Shown here piece by piece: positions 62,621-64,000 of a DNA stretch of 64,000 nt (its first letter is position 1; each line of letters opens with the position of its first letter). This stretch comes from Felis catus (taxonomy: Eukaryota). The notes under the pieces were generated by a model. The model worked only from the letters and a program-made list of their open reading frames with translations, did no database searches and was not told the origin of the DNA. Location of the stretch: contig NC_058382.1 of the NCBI RefSeq assembly GCF_018350175.1, positions 51,648,001 through 51,712,000 of the forward strand. The letters are read 5' to 3'. The position numbers and the translations under genes are program-made.

Positions 62621-62804
62621 TAAACCATTTGCTAACAGGCAAGGTATACATTCCAAATGAAAGACATCTGAGGGCATCTATTTATGTATATGTACGTATA
62701 CATGTATATATTAAGTAGCAGTCAGACACAAAAACACAGAGAAAGTATAAAAAACCACATTCCGTAAGGAGCCAAACGTCATACGTGGATTTTGCCATCG
62801 GAGT

Positions 62805-63030
62805 CTAATGGCTTTTATGCAAATCCCAGCTCTATCTGTATCTGCTCTATGTTACTTAGCTGTTTACCTGCTCTCCGTCTCAGGATGTTTATCTGCAAAG
62901 AGAGAGAAGTGTCTACCTTGCAGGGTGGTTCTGGGATTTAATTCAACCCATCCATGTAAAGCAAGGAACACCCTTTCCTCGAACGCCTCACACACGGGGC
63001 CCTCGAGCGTAAGTGGTTGTCGTTGATGAC
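62805..63030 (+). mobile_element. MIR
   Basis: CAAATCCCAGCTCT...TTTATCTGCAAA...CTACCTTGCAGGGTGGTT...CCATGTAAAGCA. Confidence 0.6.
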
Positions 63031-64000
63031 GATTTCTGATACAGAGAGACTAAAACTCACACGGTCACGGGGTTAAGGAAAGGAAAACGAGTTACCCCCG
63101 GGGATGCCGTGGTGCAGGAAGATGCCATCAGGAATACATTCTTCACCTCTCCCAAACTGACACCCACTTTAATCTCCGCGCAAGGTCAGAGTTAGGCTCC
63201 GGTTGAGGCAAAACTGCCGACATCTCGTTTCCCGCGAGGCTACGCAAACTAGCCCACTTAGGCGCCCAGCACCTGTTTGGGGGGACACAATGTTACTTTT
63301 GACGATGAAGAAAGACAAACAGCGTTCAAAGAAGCGGGTTCTGCTTTGTACCCCTGCCTCTGAAGCACATCTGTATTCTGAATGACGACGCGGAAAGGAA
63401 ATACGTCCCGACAGCAGCTGCCTCTTCCCCGAAAGACGACTCACCCCCTCCGTGTATGTCCCGCCGAGACTTGTTAATGAGGGTGGCATCCTTCGGGAGC
63501 GTCTGGTTGGGCGTGTTTCATGCTAGGCATTTTGCTTCCGTGTAGATACACTGAAGCAAGTTCTTTAGGAATACGCGATTGCAAAAACCGATAAAAGCGA
63601 ACCCCATGCGTACATCATGTGTGTATATGTATCCGGGGGTATGTGGCGGGCCGGTCGCCAAGCCAGGATGCCAGAGGGGGGAGTGGCTCCCTGTCCACAC
63701 TGCCTCTTCCCCAGTAGAGAACCCACCACTCTCTGGAGACAGGGTGCCCCCCACCTCTCACCGCCCCTGCCCCCCTTAGGGGCTGCCCCTATAGAGCAAG
63801 CCAGCCTCTCTGTCTTTCTCTCTCCCCCCTACCCCACTCCCACCAGCTGGCCTCCATGTATCCCGGCAGGTTTCCCCCCACTATTTGGCTTCCCACCCTT
63901 TCTTCAGGCAAAACCAGCCTCTCCATAACCCCCCAAGTGTTTTATTCTCCGGGCTTCTGCCTCCTGGAGCGACTGTCACCTTCACGAAAGCCCATCAAAA

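Noticed and set aside
1..64000. Naming the host or neighbouring gene, or claiming a new multi-gene system
   Set aside because: No recognisable exon or RNA gene; locus identity requires alignment to the cat or human genome

Overview
Mammalian nuclear DNA from a felid, most likely domestic cat. The diagnostic evidence is about 34 tRNA-derived carnivore SINEs, several with the young feline SINEC_Fc signature, plus carnivore L1 3' ends. The window looks intergenic or deep-intronic. I recognise no protein-coding gene, RNA gene, CRISPR array or intact mobile-element ORF, and most ORF-track entries are SINE/LTR read-throughs or chance ORFs. Content: CAN-SINEs (many with clear TSDs), truncated L1s, MaLR/ERVL/ERV1 solo LTRs (four clustered at 44.7-48.5 kb), hAT DNA-transposon relics, MIR/L2 relics and microsatellites. 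There is also a CpG-rich element with a near-consensus CTCF site beside a Z-DNA-prone tract (21.1-21.6 kb) and several repeat-free AT/homeobox-motif-rich blocks resembling conserved enhancers. I did not find a convincing new biological system. The most unusual directly visible feature is a short polyadenylated, TSD-flanked retrocopy of an ERV LTR R region at 26.27-26.44 kb, homologous to a solo LTR at 48 kb. Repeat family names are from recall of consensus sequences, not a database search. Boundaries without TSDs are approximate.
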